From positions 1 to 64,000 of the IMG/VR virus record IMGVR_UViG_3300037419_001192: DNA of 64,000 nucleotides. One strand, written 5' to 3'. Under the pieces are notes generated by a model, which was not told the DNA's origin, did no database searches, and worked only from the letters and a program-made list of their open reading frames with translations. This stretch comes from a virus. Every line of letters starts with the position of its first letter. The stretch's first letter is position 1. Position numbers and translations under genes: made by a program. Shown here in pieces: positions 1 through 8,237 of this stretch.

Positions 1-678
1 TTGAAGGAAGACCCATACCATGACCCAAAAAACGGACAATTCACTACCGCAGCCGGCGCAGGACATAGCGGAAGCAGCGTATCAGGAAATGGCGGCATCG
101 CACTCCGACCGCAGCAACCCGACGCCCTCCCACCCCAATCCGTCACCCACTACGGAAAACAAGCCGGCGTAACCGAACTCTCCGGTGCGTATTACGGCAC
201 TGGCATTCGCGGCGCGGAAGCCGAGCGGCTGGCAAAATCGAAAGATTTCAATATCAAGAACCGGGTGTATTTCTACCTGAATCCCCCGGATGGCAAGCTG
301 CCACGGAAGGAAGCCGGGCTCGGCAACAACGTGTACCAGACCACGTTATCCAACCTGTATGATCTGGCGAATGATCCGAAGGGCATCTTCGACAAGATCA
401 AGGGCATCGATGACCCTGCCACGAAATACAACACGATGGAGTCAGAGATAGTTAAGGCCGGCTACGATGGCTATATCTCGAAGGCATACAACATGGCCGT
501 GGTGCTGGGCAAGAACGTGCCCGTTCGAGAAATCAAGCAAGCTGCCGAGATTGACTATGCCGGCATGCTGCGCCGACGCAAGAAGCGCCAGCCGGGCAAG
601 GCAGGCTTCCAACAAGGGCAGATGGATTTGAACAGTGTCAACGCCAGCATGGCAGCCGCCAACGGGACTGGCAGTTGA
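1..678 (+). CDS. 5'-truncated protein with HDPKNGQF motif and possible ADP-ribosyltransferase-like domain
   Basis: ORF open at window start; PYHDPKNGQFT resembles HD/HPR-x-x-G-R/Q-F motifs of phage head-associated proteins; THY...RVYFY...LYD...GYDGY pattern resembles ART-fold domains of polyvalent phage proteins. Confidence 0.45.
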   Translation: MKEDPYHDPKNGQFTTAAGAGHSGSSVSGNGGIALRPQQPDALPPQSVTHYGKQAGVTELSGAYYGTGIRGAEAERLAKSKDFNIKNRVYFYLNPPDGKLPRKEAGLGNNVYQTTLSNLYDLANDPKGIFDKIKGIDDPATKYNTMESEIVKAGYDGYISKAYNMAVVLGKNVPVREIKQAAEIDYAGMLRRRKKRQPGKAGFQQGQMDLNSVNASMAAANGTGS

Positions 679-696
679 TTGCCAAGCGGGGGTGCA

Positions 697-963
697 ATGG
701 AACCCAGATTCTTCGAAAAGCAATTCAAGAAATGGGCCGCAATGCGCAAGCTGAATTTGCGCCGCACCCCCGATGGCAAGGATTTCCATTTCTTCCCAGC
801 CAAGCTGGCATGGCATAGCTGGCAAGTGCGCTCGATGTTGGCTACAAGCAACGAAGACGCCGAGATATTCAACCGGGCATTGCAACTGGCAAGCGAAGTC
901 GCATTTAATATGGCAGGGAAGGAAGTTGCCCAAGCCATCCAAAATCTAAAAATCAAAGAGTGA
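697..963 (+). CDS. hypothetical protein
   Basis: ATG at 697 within ORF 679..963; fits tight gene packing. Confidence 0.55.
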   Translation: MEPRFFEKQFKKWAAMRKLNLRRTPDGKDFHFFPAKLAWHSWQVRSMLATSNEDAEIFNRALQLASEVAFNMAGKEVAQAIQNLKIKE

Positions 964-964
964 T

Positions 965-1132
965 ATGGAAGTCGAAATCTTTTGCATCGTAGGAATCATC
1001 ATTACCGTCATAGCCGCAACGAAGATCGTGAATCAAGAAGATGGCACGATGACGTTTGCCGCATGGGCCGCAATGATGCTGGGCTTGATTTTGAGCATGG
1101 TTGCCGCGTATGAAGCCCAACTGCTGTATTGA
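965..1132 (+). CDS. small two-TM membrane protein (55 aa)
   Basis: Read manually: MEVEIFCIVGIIITVIAATK...AAWAAMMLGLILSMVAAY; fills gap before promoter. Confidence 0.55.
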   Translation: MEVEIFCIVGIIITVIAATKIVNQEDGTMTFAAWAAMMLGLILSMVAAYEAQLLY

Positions 1133-1156
1133 CAAACAGGATTAGTGTGTCATACT
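1129..1156 (+). promoter_or_regulatory. sigma70-type early promoter
   Basis: TTGACA(AAC)-N16-CATACT with TG extension. Confidence 0.7.
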
Positions 1157-1191
1157 GATGCTGTAGTCAGATCAATTTCAATGGAGTGAAT

Positions 1192-3075
1192 ATGAAACTG
1201 GTAACGATCTATGACGCCGAAGAACAAACGGCGGATTTCCTCGGAGGCAAGGGCTTTGGCCTGTGGAAGATGCAGCGCGAGGGCATCAACGTGCCACCCG
1301 CGATCATCATTCCGACCGAAGCTTGCCGCGAGTACATGAAAGACCCGAAGAAAGTGATGGGTCAAGTCAAAGACCGCATCAACGACATCACCGATTTCTT
1401 CATCGACAAGTTTGGCTATATGCCGCTCGTATCGGTGCGCTCGGGCGCGAAGATTTCGATGCCGGGGATGCTTGAAACGGTGCTAAATGTCGGGCTAGAT
1501 GGCGTGACGTTCGATTTCTGGAAAGAAAAGCTGGGTGAGGGTTGTGCAATTGATTGCCGCAACCGGCTGGCGCAGATGTATAACGAAACTGTGCTGGGCT
1601 TGAGCAAGGGTAATTGGGAAGCGCCCCCGGCAGCAGCGCTGCAATTGCTGAACTGCATCGAAGCGGTGTTCAAAAGCTGGAATGGCGAGAAAGCAAAAGT
1701 CTACCGTAAGCACCACGGCATTCCGGATGACTTGGGTACGGCAGTGACGATTCAAGCGATGGTGTTCGGCAATATGAATGAGCAATCCGGTGCGGGCGTG
1801 TACTTCACCCGTGATTGCAATACTGGTGACCCTTTTGCCGTGGTCAACTTTGCTGCCAATGCCCAAGGCGAGGATGTAGTGGCGGGCAAAGTGGCGGGCA
1901 TGCATGCGGGTGACTTTGCTGCGTGGAATCCGCCGATCTGCAATGAACTGTTTGAAATCGGGGAGAAGCTGGAAAAGAAAGAAAAGGATGTAGTTGATAT
2001 CGAATTCACTGTGCAGGATGGCAAGCTGTATATCCTGCAATACCGCAAGGCCAAGCGCACGGCGCAAGCGGCGGTGAAATTCGCGGTGGATTTCGCCAAG
2101 GAAGGCTTGATCAGCGAGGAAGAAGCGATCAAGCGGGTGAGCCGGCGTGATATCGATCTGGCTTGCTTGCCGATCATTGATCCGAGTTTCAAGGATAAGC
2201 CAGCGTACACCGGCATTCCGGCATGTTCGGGCGTGGCAATCGGTGTGGTGGTGAAGTCGGCGCAAGCGGCAATTGATTGCCAAAAGCCTTGCATCTTGGT
2301 AACGGACGAAACCACCCCGGATGACATTGCCGGCATGATTGCCGCCAAAGGTGTATTGACGATGAAAGGGGGCGAAACCTCGCATGCCGCAGTGGTGGCA
2401 AGGGGCATGAACAAGCCGTGCGTGGTCGGCCTCGGCAGCAGCACGGTGGACTTCGATGAAGGGGAAGTGATATCGATTTGCGGTGCCACGGGTCGTGTAT
2501 GGGTTGGCGCAGTGCCGATCATCGATGCCAGCGAGAGCCAAGACTTGAAGGAATTCAAGAACCTACTGTGGCAGCAGGCCGAGGCTATTGAAGTCGGGGG
2601 CAGCAATTACTTGCGCATCGATAGCATGTACCTGAATGACCCGAAGGAAATCGTGGCAAAGCTGGTTGCCAGCATCAAGGAGGCAGCGGGAGAAGTCTAT
2701 ATCGATATCCGGTTGCCGAAATACGATGATTCACTGAAGTTCTTCCTTACCTTTTTGAACCCGCAAGACTCGTTTGAAGACCCGATCATCAAGGGATTGG
2801 AGAAATCGCTGACTGAAAAAGACAAGGCACGGGTCAAGATTATCCGCAGCAGCATCGGCCCGATGGCGTTGCCGGAACTGGAATGGGTCTATACCTTGGA
2901 AGACTTGATTCTGGCAAAAGGCGAAATTCAAATGGAGATCAGCAATAGCGACACGGTGCAAAAAGTGCTGGAATGGAAGAAGGATGAAATTAGCCCGGTG
3001 TCAATTGGCGAACTGTTACCGGGGCAGAAATCGTTCATTTCGGAAGATCAATTGATTGCCCTGTTGCTGAAGTGA
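1192..3075 (+). CDS. pyruvate phosphate dikinase-like protein (ATP-grasp + phosphohistidine domains, no PEP/pyruvate TIM barrel)
   Basis: GGKG, SVRSGAKISMPGM, QAMVFGN, AQGEDVVAG, DIEFT, LYILQYRKAKRT, ETTPDDIAGM, GGETSHAAVVARGMNKPCVVG; C-terminal ~180 aa lacks PPDK barrel motifs; GGAG 5 nt before ATG 1192. Confidence 0.9.
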   Translation: MKLVTIYDAEEQTADFLGGKGFGLWKMQREGINVPPAIIIPTEACREYMKDPKKVMGQVKDRINDITDFFIDKFGYMPLVSVRSGAKISMPGMLETVLNVGLDGVTFDFWKEKLGEGCAIDCRNRLAQMYNETVLGLSKGNWEAPPAAALQLLNCIEAVFKSWNGEKAKVYRKHHGIPDDLGTAVTIQAMVFGNMNEQSGAGVYFTRDCNTGDPFAVVNFAANAQGEDVVAGKVAGMHAGDFAAWNPPICNELFEIGEKLEKKEKDVVDIEFTVQDGKLYILQYRKAKRTAQAAVKFAVDFAKEGLISEEEAIKRVSRRDIDLACLPIIDPSFKDKPAYTGIPACSGVAIGVVVKSAQAAIDCQKPCILVTDETTPDDIAGMIAAKGVLTMKGGETSHAAVVARGMNKPCVVGLGSSTVDFDEGEVISICGATGRVWVGAVPIIDASESQDLKEFKNLLWQQAEAIEVGGSNYLRIDSMYLNDPKEIVAKLVASIKEAAGEVYIDIRLPKYDDSLKFFLTFLNPQDSFEDPIIKGLEKSLTEKDKARVKIIRSSIGPMALPELEWVYTLEDLILAKGEIQMEISNSDTVQKVLEWKKDEISPVSIGELLPGQKSFISEDQLIALLLK

Positions 3076-3105
3076 AAGTAGAATGGCGGAAATTTCTTTC
3101 CGCCT

Positions 3106-3516
3106 ATGATCAAGATCGATTGCCCGAAGTGCGGCAGCCCACATGCGTATTACCAAGTCACGGAGTACGACAAGATACTCCGGTGCTTGTGCGGCTATCA
3201 CCGGGTTGTGGAAACCAAGCTACAGGAATTCACGGTCACGCATGCGGATGTAGCGGAAGATGCAAAGCTGCCCCGGCGCGGCAGCCATATCTGGAATACA
3301 TTGATGGCGCTGGCGAATCTGGAGCATGCGACTTCCGCCGAAGTCACGAAGCGCTTGATCGATCTGGGCCATCCCTTCGATATCTCGGATGTCTCCAGTT
3401 ACCTGACGATCTTGCGCAGCAAGGGGTTGGTGATTGCGGTGACGGTGCGGCGCGGCGTGGCGGGCGGATCGAGTTGGGAACTATCTGATGCATGTGATAA
3501 ACTGCTAGGCAACTAA
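3106..3516 (+). CDS. zinc-ribbon + winged-helix DNA-binding protein
   Basis: CPKC...CLC N-terminal; ATSAEVTKRL...ISDVSSYLTILRSKGLV...GGSSWEL wHTH-like pattern. Confidence 0.65.
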   Translation: MIKIDCPKCGSPHAYYQVTEYDKILRCLCGYHRVVETKLQEFTVTHADVAEDAKLPRRGSHIWNTLMALANLEHATSAEVTKRLIDLGHPFDISDVSSYLTILRSKGLVIAVTVRRGVAGGSSWELSDACDKLLGN

Positions 3517-3530
3517 CAATGGAGTGAAAA

Positions 3531-3797
3531 GTGGCTCTTTCGATAGGTATCAATGAAGGTAGCAAAATCCGGGTCGGCAACAAGCTACTGGTCGTGCAAC
3601 AAATTCCCGATGCCCGCCATGTCCATATCCTGTATGGCCGCGAGCCATTCCTGATTACGGATGAAGAACGCACCGAAGTCGAACCCGGCGTGTATATCCA
3701 GTGCGGCGTGAAAGCGGATCGACCGTTTCAAGAAAACTTTTCCCGGCTGGCGTTCGAAGCGCCGCGAGCGGTGGGCATCCACCGGATTCGAGACTGA
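3531..3797 (+). CDS. CsrA/RsmA-like RNA-binding protein with internal insertion
   Basis: N-term MALSIGINEGSKIRVG resembles CsrA MLILTRRVGETLMIG; C-term SRLAFEAPRAVGIHR resembles VRIGVNAPKEVSVHR, including the conserved HR. Confidence 0.6.
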   Translation: MALSIGINEGSKIRVGNKLLVVQQIPDARHVHILYGREPFLITDEERTEVEPGVYIQCGVKADRPFQENFSRLAFEAPRAVGIHRIRD

Positions 3798-3798
3798 C

Positions 3799-4140
3799 AT
3801 GGAAAAACTGCCGATGACCGATAAATTGGTGACCGAGGCAGTGTTGAGTATTGCGAAACAGGAAGGTATTTCTCCGGAAGAACTCGGGGAAATGGTGAAC
3901 CGGGCCGCGATTACGACGCATGAGCGCGGTAACCGCCGCTATCACGACTGGGTATTCAATGTTGAAGTTGGCGTGGTCAGGAATATGACGAAAGCCACGA
4001 TGGCGCATTTCAATGTGCCGGGCCGCACGATGGACTTGACCGTGGAAGATGTCTGCCCATATTGCGATGGCGAGGGCTGCAAGAAGTGCGGGCACATCGG
4101 ATTCGCCGTTATCCATTACGAAGCAAAAAAGAAGCGATAA
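3799..4140 (+). CDS. hypothetical protein with DnaJ-type Cys zinc finger
   Basis: CPYCDGEGCKKCGHIG. Confidence 0.65.
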   Translation: MEKLPMTDKLVTEAVLSIAKQEGISPEELGEMVNRAAITTHERGNRRYHDWVFNVEVGVVRNMTKATMAHFNVPGRTMDLTVEDVCPYCDGEGCKKCGHIGFAVIHYEAKKKR

Positions 4141-4163
4141 ACCAACAAACTAAGGAGTAGGAC

Positions 4164-4646
4164 ATGAATGGCGTTTTGAAGCTGCCAGCCTTGCTGGGTA
4201 AGCACTACACCGTGATTGGCGGCGCATATTCTCGCAAACTGCCGGGCACCGTGGGTGTGAAAATGGCACGGGAAATCAATGCCCACTGCGATATCGATAT
4301 CCCTACCAAAGATTTCTGTACTCCGGAAAAGGAATGGCTCGACAGGGGGCTGCTACAGGCGGTAGAAGCGATCTTGGCGGGCAAGCCAGTGTATGTCGGC
4401 TGCTATGCCGGCAAAGGCCGCACGGGGCTGTTTCTGGCCGTGCTGGCGAAAGCTTTCGGTATCGATCACCCGGTTGAATATGTCCGTGCCCACTACTACC
4501 CGCATGCGGTGGAAACTGCCGAGCAATACAAGTTCGTCACCCAGTATGCGATCCCGGAAGAAGTGAAGCGGCGCATTTTTCTTGCCCGCATCAAATCGAT
4601 CTTCACCTTCAAGAAGTCTTTGACAAACCTACCAAGTGCTGTATGA
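4164..4646 (+). CDS. dual-specificity/tyrosine phosphatase-family protein 1
   Basis: CX5R loop VGCYAGKGRTG; DIPTKDF acid loop; AVETAEQ. Confidence 0.88.
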   Translation: MNGVLKLPALLGKHYTVIGGAYSRKLPGTVGVKMAREINAHCDIDIPTKDFCTPEKEWLDRGLLQAVEAILAGKPVYVGCYAGKGRTGLFLAVLAKAFGIDHPVEYVRAHYYPHAVETAEQYKFVTQYAIPEEVKRRIFLARIKSIFTFKKSLTNLPSAV

Positions 4647-4647
4647 T
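4620..4647 (+). promoter_or_regulatory. sigma70-type early promoter
   Basis: TTGACA(AAC)-N16-TATGAT. Confidence 0.7.
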
Positions 4648-4697
4648 GACCGTGTAGCAGTAGCAAAAACAAAGTCAATGGAGTGAAGGAGTAAGCA

Positions 4698-5729
4698 ATG
4701 AGTGAATTTATTCCCAAGAACACGCTTGCGTACTACGATGCGCTGCCGCAAACGAAACTGATTTCCGTCGCGCATATCCCGGCCAAGAATTTGGCAATCA
4801 ATTGCCGCGCTTATCTGGATGGTTGCGGCACCCCGCATCCGGAAACCGAAGCGCTGAGTTTTTATGCGCTGAACCATTTGGCTTCGATTGTGCGCAAGAA
4901 ATTCACTGCGCATGAAGCCTTGCCGGACTGGGCGGAACAAGTGATGCGGATGTATGCCGAAGCGCTGGCGAAGTCGGGGCAGCGGGCGCTAATCTATCTG
5001 GCGCTGATTACGACCCGAGAAGTGCGGCATACCCAGAAATCCAGTGAAGAAAATATCAAGGCGCATCTGGATAAGGAATTCGGCAAGGAGGTCTGGAAGT
5101 ACATCAACAAGCTGCGCCCGTTCAAAGGCAATTCGACTGGCGCAGTCAACCATTTCATGGATACCCCGCCCGATCTGACGCTCGGCCAATGGTTTTCCGG
5201 CGTTACCTATGCCTTCAACAATGGCAGCTACCAGAATGGGTATGGCGGCGTGAAGTGGGGCAAGGTGGCCGAGCCATTGGAGGCATTCATCCACGGCAAG
5301 ATTTCGCTGGAAATGTTGCTGGATACCGTGTGGACGCTGGCGCATAACGGTGGGCCGATTTTCAACAAGGGCATGTGCTACGACCATTACGGCACGGAAC
5401 TGATCCGCATCCTCGATGTGCAGCGTTCCGGGCAGATACCGGAAATGGTGATGTATGACTGGGCGGGGCAGCAATACAGCGATTACACATTAAAGCATCT
5501 GGTAACAAAAGTGCGGGGTGTCTGCCCGGAAGAATTCGGCCCGGAAGTTGACTGGCATTTGGTGGAGGCACTGGGGTCTATAGGTTCCTATGGGAAAGAA
5601 AAGCAAGCCCAAAAAAATAAACCCCAACCTAAGCCCGTGATAATTGAAGGCATGGAAAAGATTGGCGAATACAAAGTCGCGCCGGGCATTGCCGTACCCA
5701 TCCTCTCACGCAAAGGAGTTGCAGCATGA
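4698..5729 (+). CDS. phage hypothetical protein (343 aa)
   Basis: Long ORF with AAGGAG RBS; motif-like YGGVKWGKVA and DTVWTLAHNGGPIFNKG. Confidence 0.75.
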   Translation: MSEFIPKNTLAYYDALPQTKLISVAHIPAKNLAINCRAYLDGCGTPHPETEALSFYALNHLASIVRKKFTAHEALPDWAEQVMRMYAEALAKSGQRALIYLALITTREVRHTQKSSEENIKAHLDKEFGKEVWKYINKLRPFKGNSTGAVNHFMDTPPDLTLGQWFSGVTYAFNNGSYQNGYGGVKWGKVAEPLEAFIHGKISLEMLLDTVWTLAHNGGPIFNKGMCYDHYGTELIRILDVQRSGQIPEMVMYDWAGQQYSDYTLKHLVTKVRGVCPEEFGPEVDWHLVEALGSIGSYGKEKQAQKNKPQPKPVIIEGMEKIGEYKVAPGIAVPILSRKGVAA

Positions 5730-6355
5730 AGAACTACAACTATGGAACGCAATACGATTTTGGTGAAGTCATCGAGAAATCGAAGAAGGTGGTGCCGAAG
5801 TGCTATGAATCGCACCCGGCACTGAAAATCGGGGAATATGAAATCTATGGCGGCTCTTGCAGCCATCCGGTCGTCAGCGATGCGGATATCTATGTCGGGC
5901 TCGATTACGGCATGACGTATTCCGCGAAAGCCTACCCATGGAATGGCGCGACCCGCACCGAGATTTATTTCCCGGTCACCGATATGTATGCGCCGAGCGA
6001 TCCGAAGGAGTTCCACAAGATGGTGTGCTGGTTGGCAGACAGGCTTCATGCGGGGGATAAAATCCATGTCGGCTGCATTGGCGGGCATGGCCGCACCGGC
6101 ACCCTGTTCGCGGCACTCGTCAAGCATATGACTGGCAATGAAAATGCGATCCAGTATGTGCGCGACAACTATTGCGAAAAAGCAGTCGAGACAGCCGAGC
6201 AAATTCAGTTTCTTGTGAAGCATTACGGCATCAAGTCGGTGAAGTCCACCAAGAAACCGTACAAGGGCGGCAGCCTGTTCCCGGTTGAAAAGGGATCACA
6301 TGGCACGGGCGGCACCGTTTATCCAGTGAAATCGAACAAGTCGATCTTCGGTTGA
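5726..6355 (+). CDS. dual-specificity/tyrosine phosphatase-family protein 2
   Basis: HVGCIGGHGRTG CX5R loop; FPVTDMYAP; AVETAEQ. Confidence 0.9.
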   Translation: MKNYNYGTQYDFGEVIEKSKKVVPKCYESHPALKIGEYEIYGGSCSHPVVSDADIYVGLDYGMTYSAKAYPWNGATRTEIYFPVTDMYAPSDPKEFHKMVCWLADRLHAGDKIHVGCIGGHGRTGTLFAALVKHMTGNENAIQYVRDNYCEKAVETAEQIQFLVKHYGIKSVKSTKKPYKGGSLFPVEKGSHGTGGTVYPVKSNKSIFG

Positions 6356-6384
6356 TTGACAAACCGCTCGATTGCACTGATAAT
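6356..6384 (+). promoter_or_regulatory. sigma70-type early promoter
   Basis: TTGACA(AAC)-N17-GATAAT. Confidence 0.7.
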
Positions 6385-6413
6385 AAGGGTGTTCAATCAA
6401 TGGAGTGAGAACA

Positions 6414-7232
6414 ATGGCGATCAATATCATGTACAAAGACCAAAAACCCGAAGACATTCTGTTCAAGGCGCTGCTGGACGATTACGACCTGACGCTCGTA
6501 CAGGAGTTGCGCGAAAAGCTGAATGTCCAATTCAAGATCGGTTTCTACGACCTCGAAATGACTGCCGGCGACAAGGAAACCAATATCACTTTCCCGGTTG
6601 CAACTACTTCCATCCTGAAGGGAAGTCTCAATGCCGAGCAGCGCAAGATATGCGCTTCGCGGTTGCAAGCCTTGCTGGGCAAGGGCATGACTTGGGCTGC
6701 CAATCCGGATATTGCCAAGGCAGCGGCAGCCGAGTATGACCCCACCAATGTCAACGATGTGATGGCAAAGCAAGATGGGTTGATGCCAGAAGCCGAGGCG
6801 TACTCCCAGTTCAAGAAAACTCAAGCGGCCTTGAAGGAATCGGAAGAACAACTCAAGACTGCTGGGGTTGATCTGGACAAGCCCATACCGCTGCGGGAAG
6901 CCACGAAGATCGGGCAGGCAGTGCGAGGCACCGATGCTGGCAGCGTCTATCATGTGATTGGCTTGTCGGATCGGTTGAAGATCGCGGCGCGGCGCAAGCC
7001 ACAAGCGGTATCGCTGCGCGTCGAAGGCGATTTCCTGACTTCAGATATCTCGAAACTGACCGGCGTGGGCTTCCAGCAGGGCAAAATGCCCGGTGGCAAG
7101 GTGTATTTCTCGATGCATGTGGGCACGGGCGATGTGCCGCTGCCGCGCATCGTCGGTTCCATCCTGTTCGGCTCGGGTATCGAATGGACGGAAATCATTA
7201 CGAATTACAAACAGATCAAGGAAGGCGCATGA
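6414..7232 (+). CDS. hypothetical protein
   Basis: Long ORF, TCAATGGAGTGA leader before ATG 6414. Confidence 0.75.
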   Translation: MAINIMYKDQKPEDILFKALLDDYDLTLVQELREKLNVQFKIGFYDLEMTAGDKETNITFPVATTSILKGSLNAEQRKICASRLQALLGKGMTWAANPDIAKAAAAEYDPTNVNDVMAKQDGLMPEAEAYSQFKKTQAALKESEEQLKTAGVDLDKPIPLREATKIGQAVRGTDAGSVYHVIGLSDRLKIAARRKPQAVSLRVEGDFLTSDISKLTGVGFQQGKMPGGKVYFSMHVGTGDVPLPRIVGSILFGSGIEWTEIITNYKQIKEGA

Positions 7233-7462
7233 AACTGACTGGCGAGCAAGCCCGGATATACCGGGAACAATTCGCGGCGCTGGCAGTTGGCAATCAATTG
7301 CCGCTGCCCAGCCCGTTCCCCGGCATCGATACGAAGGCCCAACTGTTCCTGATCGAAAAGACCGAGAATTGGTGGCTGTTCGAAGCCTATCTGCTGGGAA
7401 TCCGCTTCGGCAAGGTGACTGCCGAATTCCATGACGATGCAATGGAGTTCGAAGAAGTATGA
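7229..7462 (+). CDS. hypothetical protein
   Basis: ATGA overlaps at both ends. Confidence 0.6.
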   Translation: MKLTGEQARIYREQFAALAVGNQLPLPSPFPGIDTKAQLFLIEKTENWWLFEAYLLGIRFGKVTAEFHDDAMEFEEV

Positions 7463-7644
7463 ATCTGCCGCCGATTGATAGGAAACGACTCGAAGCGATG
7501 GCGCATAACGCGATAGCCCATCACCCTGAACTGGTGTACACGATCCGGCGCTTGATCAAGATCGCGGTGAAAGCCGGCATCAAGCCGGATGACAGCGATA
7601 TCGTCCAAGCCGAGCGTGTGCTGAAGAAAACGGAGAATTTATGA
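7459..7644 (+). CDS. hypothetical protein
   Basis: ATGA-coupled small ORF. Confidence 0.55.
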   Translation: MNLPPIDRKRLEAMAHNAIAHHPELVYTIRRLIKIAVKAGIKPDDSDIVQAERVLKKTENL

Positions 7645-8051
7645 CATCTGATTCCACCCTGTTCGCCATCGCGGACACCCTGAACATGCCGCTGCATCCG
7701 GTCGGGGAAGGTTACCGCAGCGTCAAATCCGTGAAGCTGCCGTTCGGCCCATGGCAACTCGAAATCGATATCACCGCAAAGTCCGATGTGCTGGAAAAAG
7801 ACAAGGCGGCATTCTTTGCCCATCTGCATGACGACCTATGGGCCTACATCATTTCCCGCAAGGGTGGCGATATTGCGCACCTGATCGTGTTCTCGGGCAG
7901 TGCGGCGAAGGTGGACAAGGGCACCCTGATCACGCCTTTCGTGCAGGGAGATTTGAAAGCCACGATCAAGCGGCTGCTGGATGCGGGCGGCGTCGCCTTC
8001 ACCCATACCAAGGGCAAGTGGGCTCTCGATCCTTCTGTGGCGAAACTGTAG
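7641..8051 (+). CDS. hypothetical protein
   Basis: ATGA-coupled ORF. Confidence 0.65.
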   Translation: MTSDSTLFAIADTLNMPLHPVGEGYRSVKSVKLPFGPWQLEIDITAKSDVLEKDKAAFFAHLHDDLWAYIISRKGGDIAHLIVFSGSAAKVDKGTLITPFVQGDLKATIKRLLDAGGVAFTHTKGKWALDPSVAKL

Positions 8052-8060
8052 GAGGCGGGC

Positions 8061-8237
8061 ATGGAAGACTCCAAGGTACAGGAAGTGATGCGGCTGGTCG
8101 AAGCCTATGCCGTGCGCCGCATCAACCATGCCGCACTCATTCTGTATAAATACGCCAGCCCAGAAGGCAAACTGCAAGCCGCCCGAGAAGTCGATGCGGC
8201 AGAGAAAAACCTGCGTGAATACCTGCAAAAACTATGA
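8061..8237 (+). CDS. hypothetical protein (58 aa)
   Basis: AGGAGG RBS, ATG 8061, stop overlaps polymerase start. Confidence 0.55.
   Translation: MEDSKVQEVMRLVEAYAVRRINHAALILYKYASPEGKLQAAREVDAAEKNLREYLQKL

Noticed and set aside
1192-3075. Annotating as functional ppdK auxiliary metabolic gene
   Set aside because: The C-terminal pyruvate/PEP-binding barrel is missing, so the gene symbol is withheld
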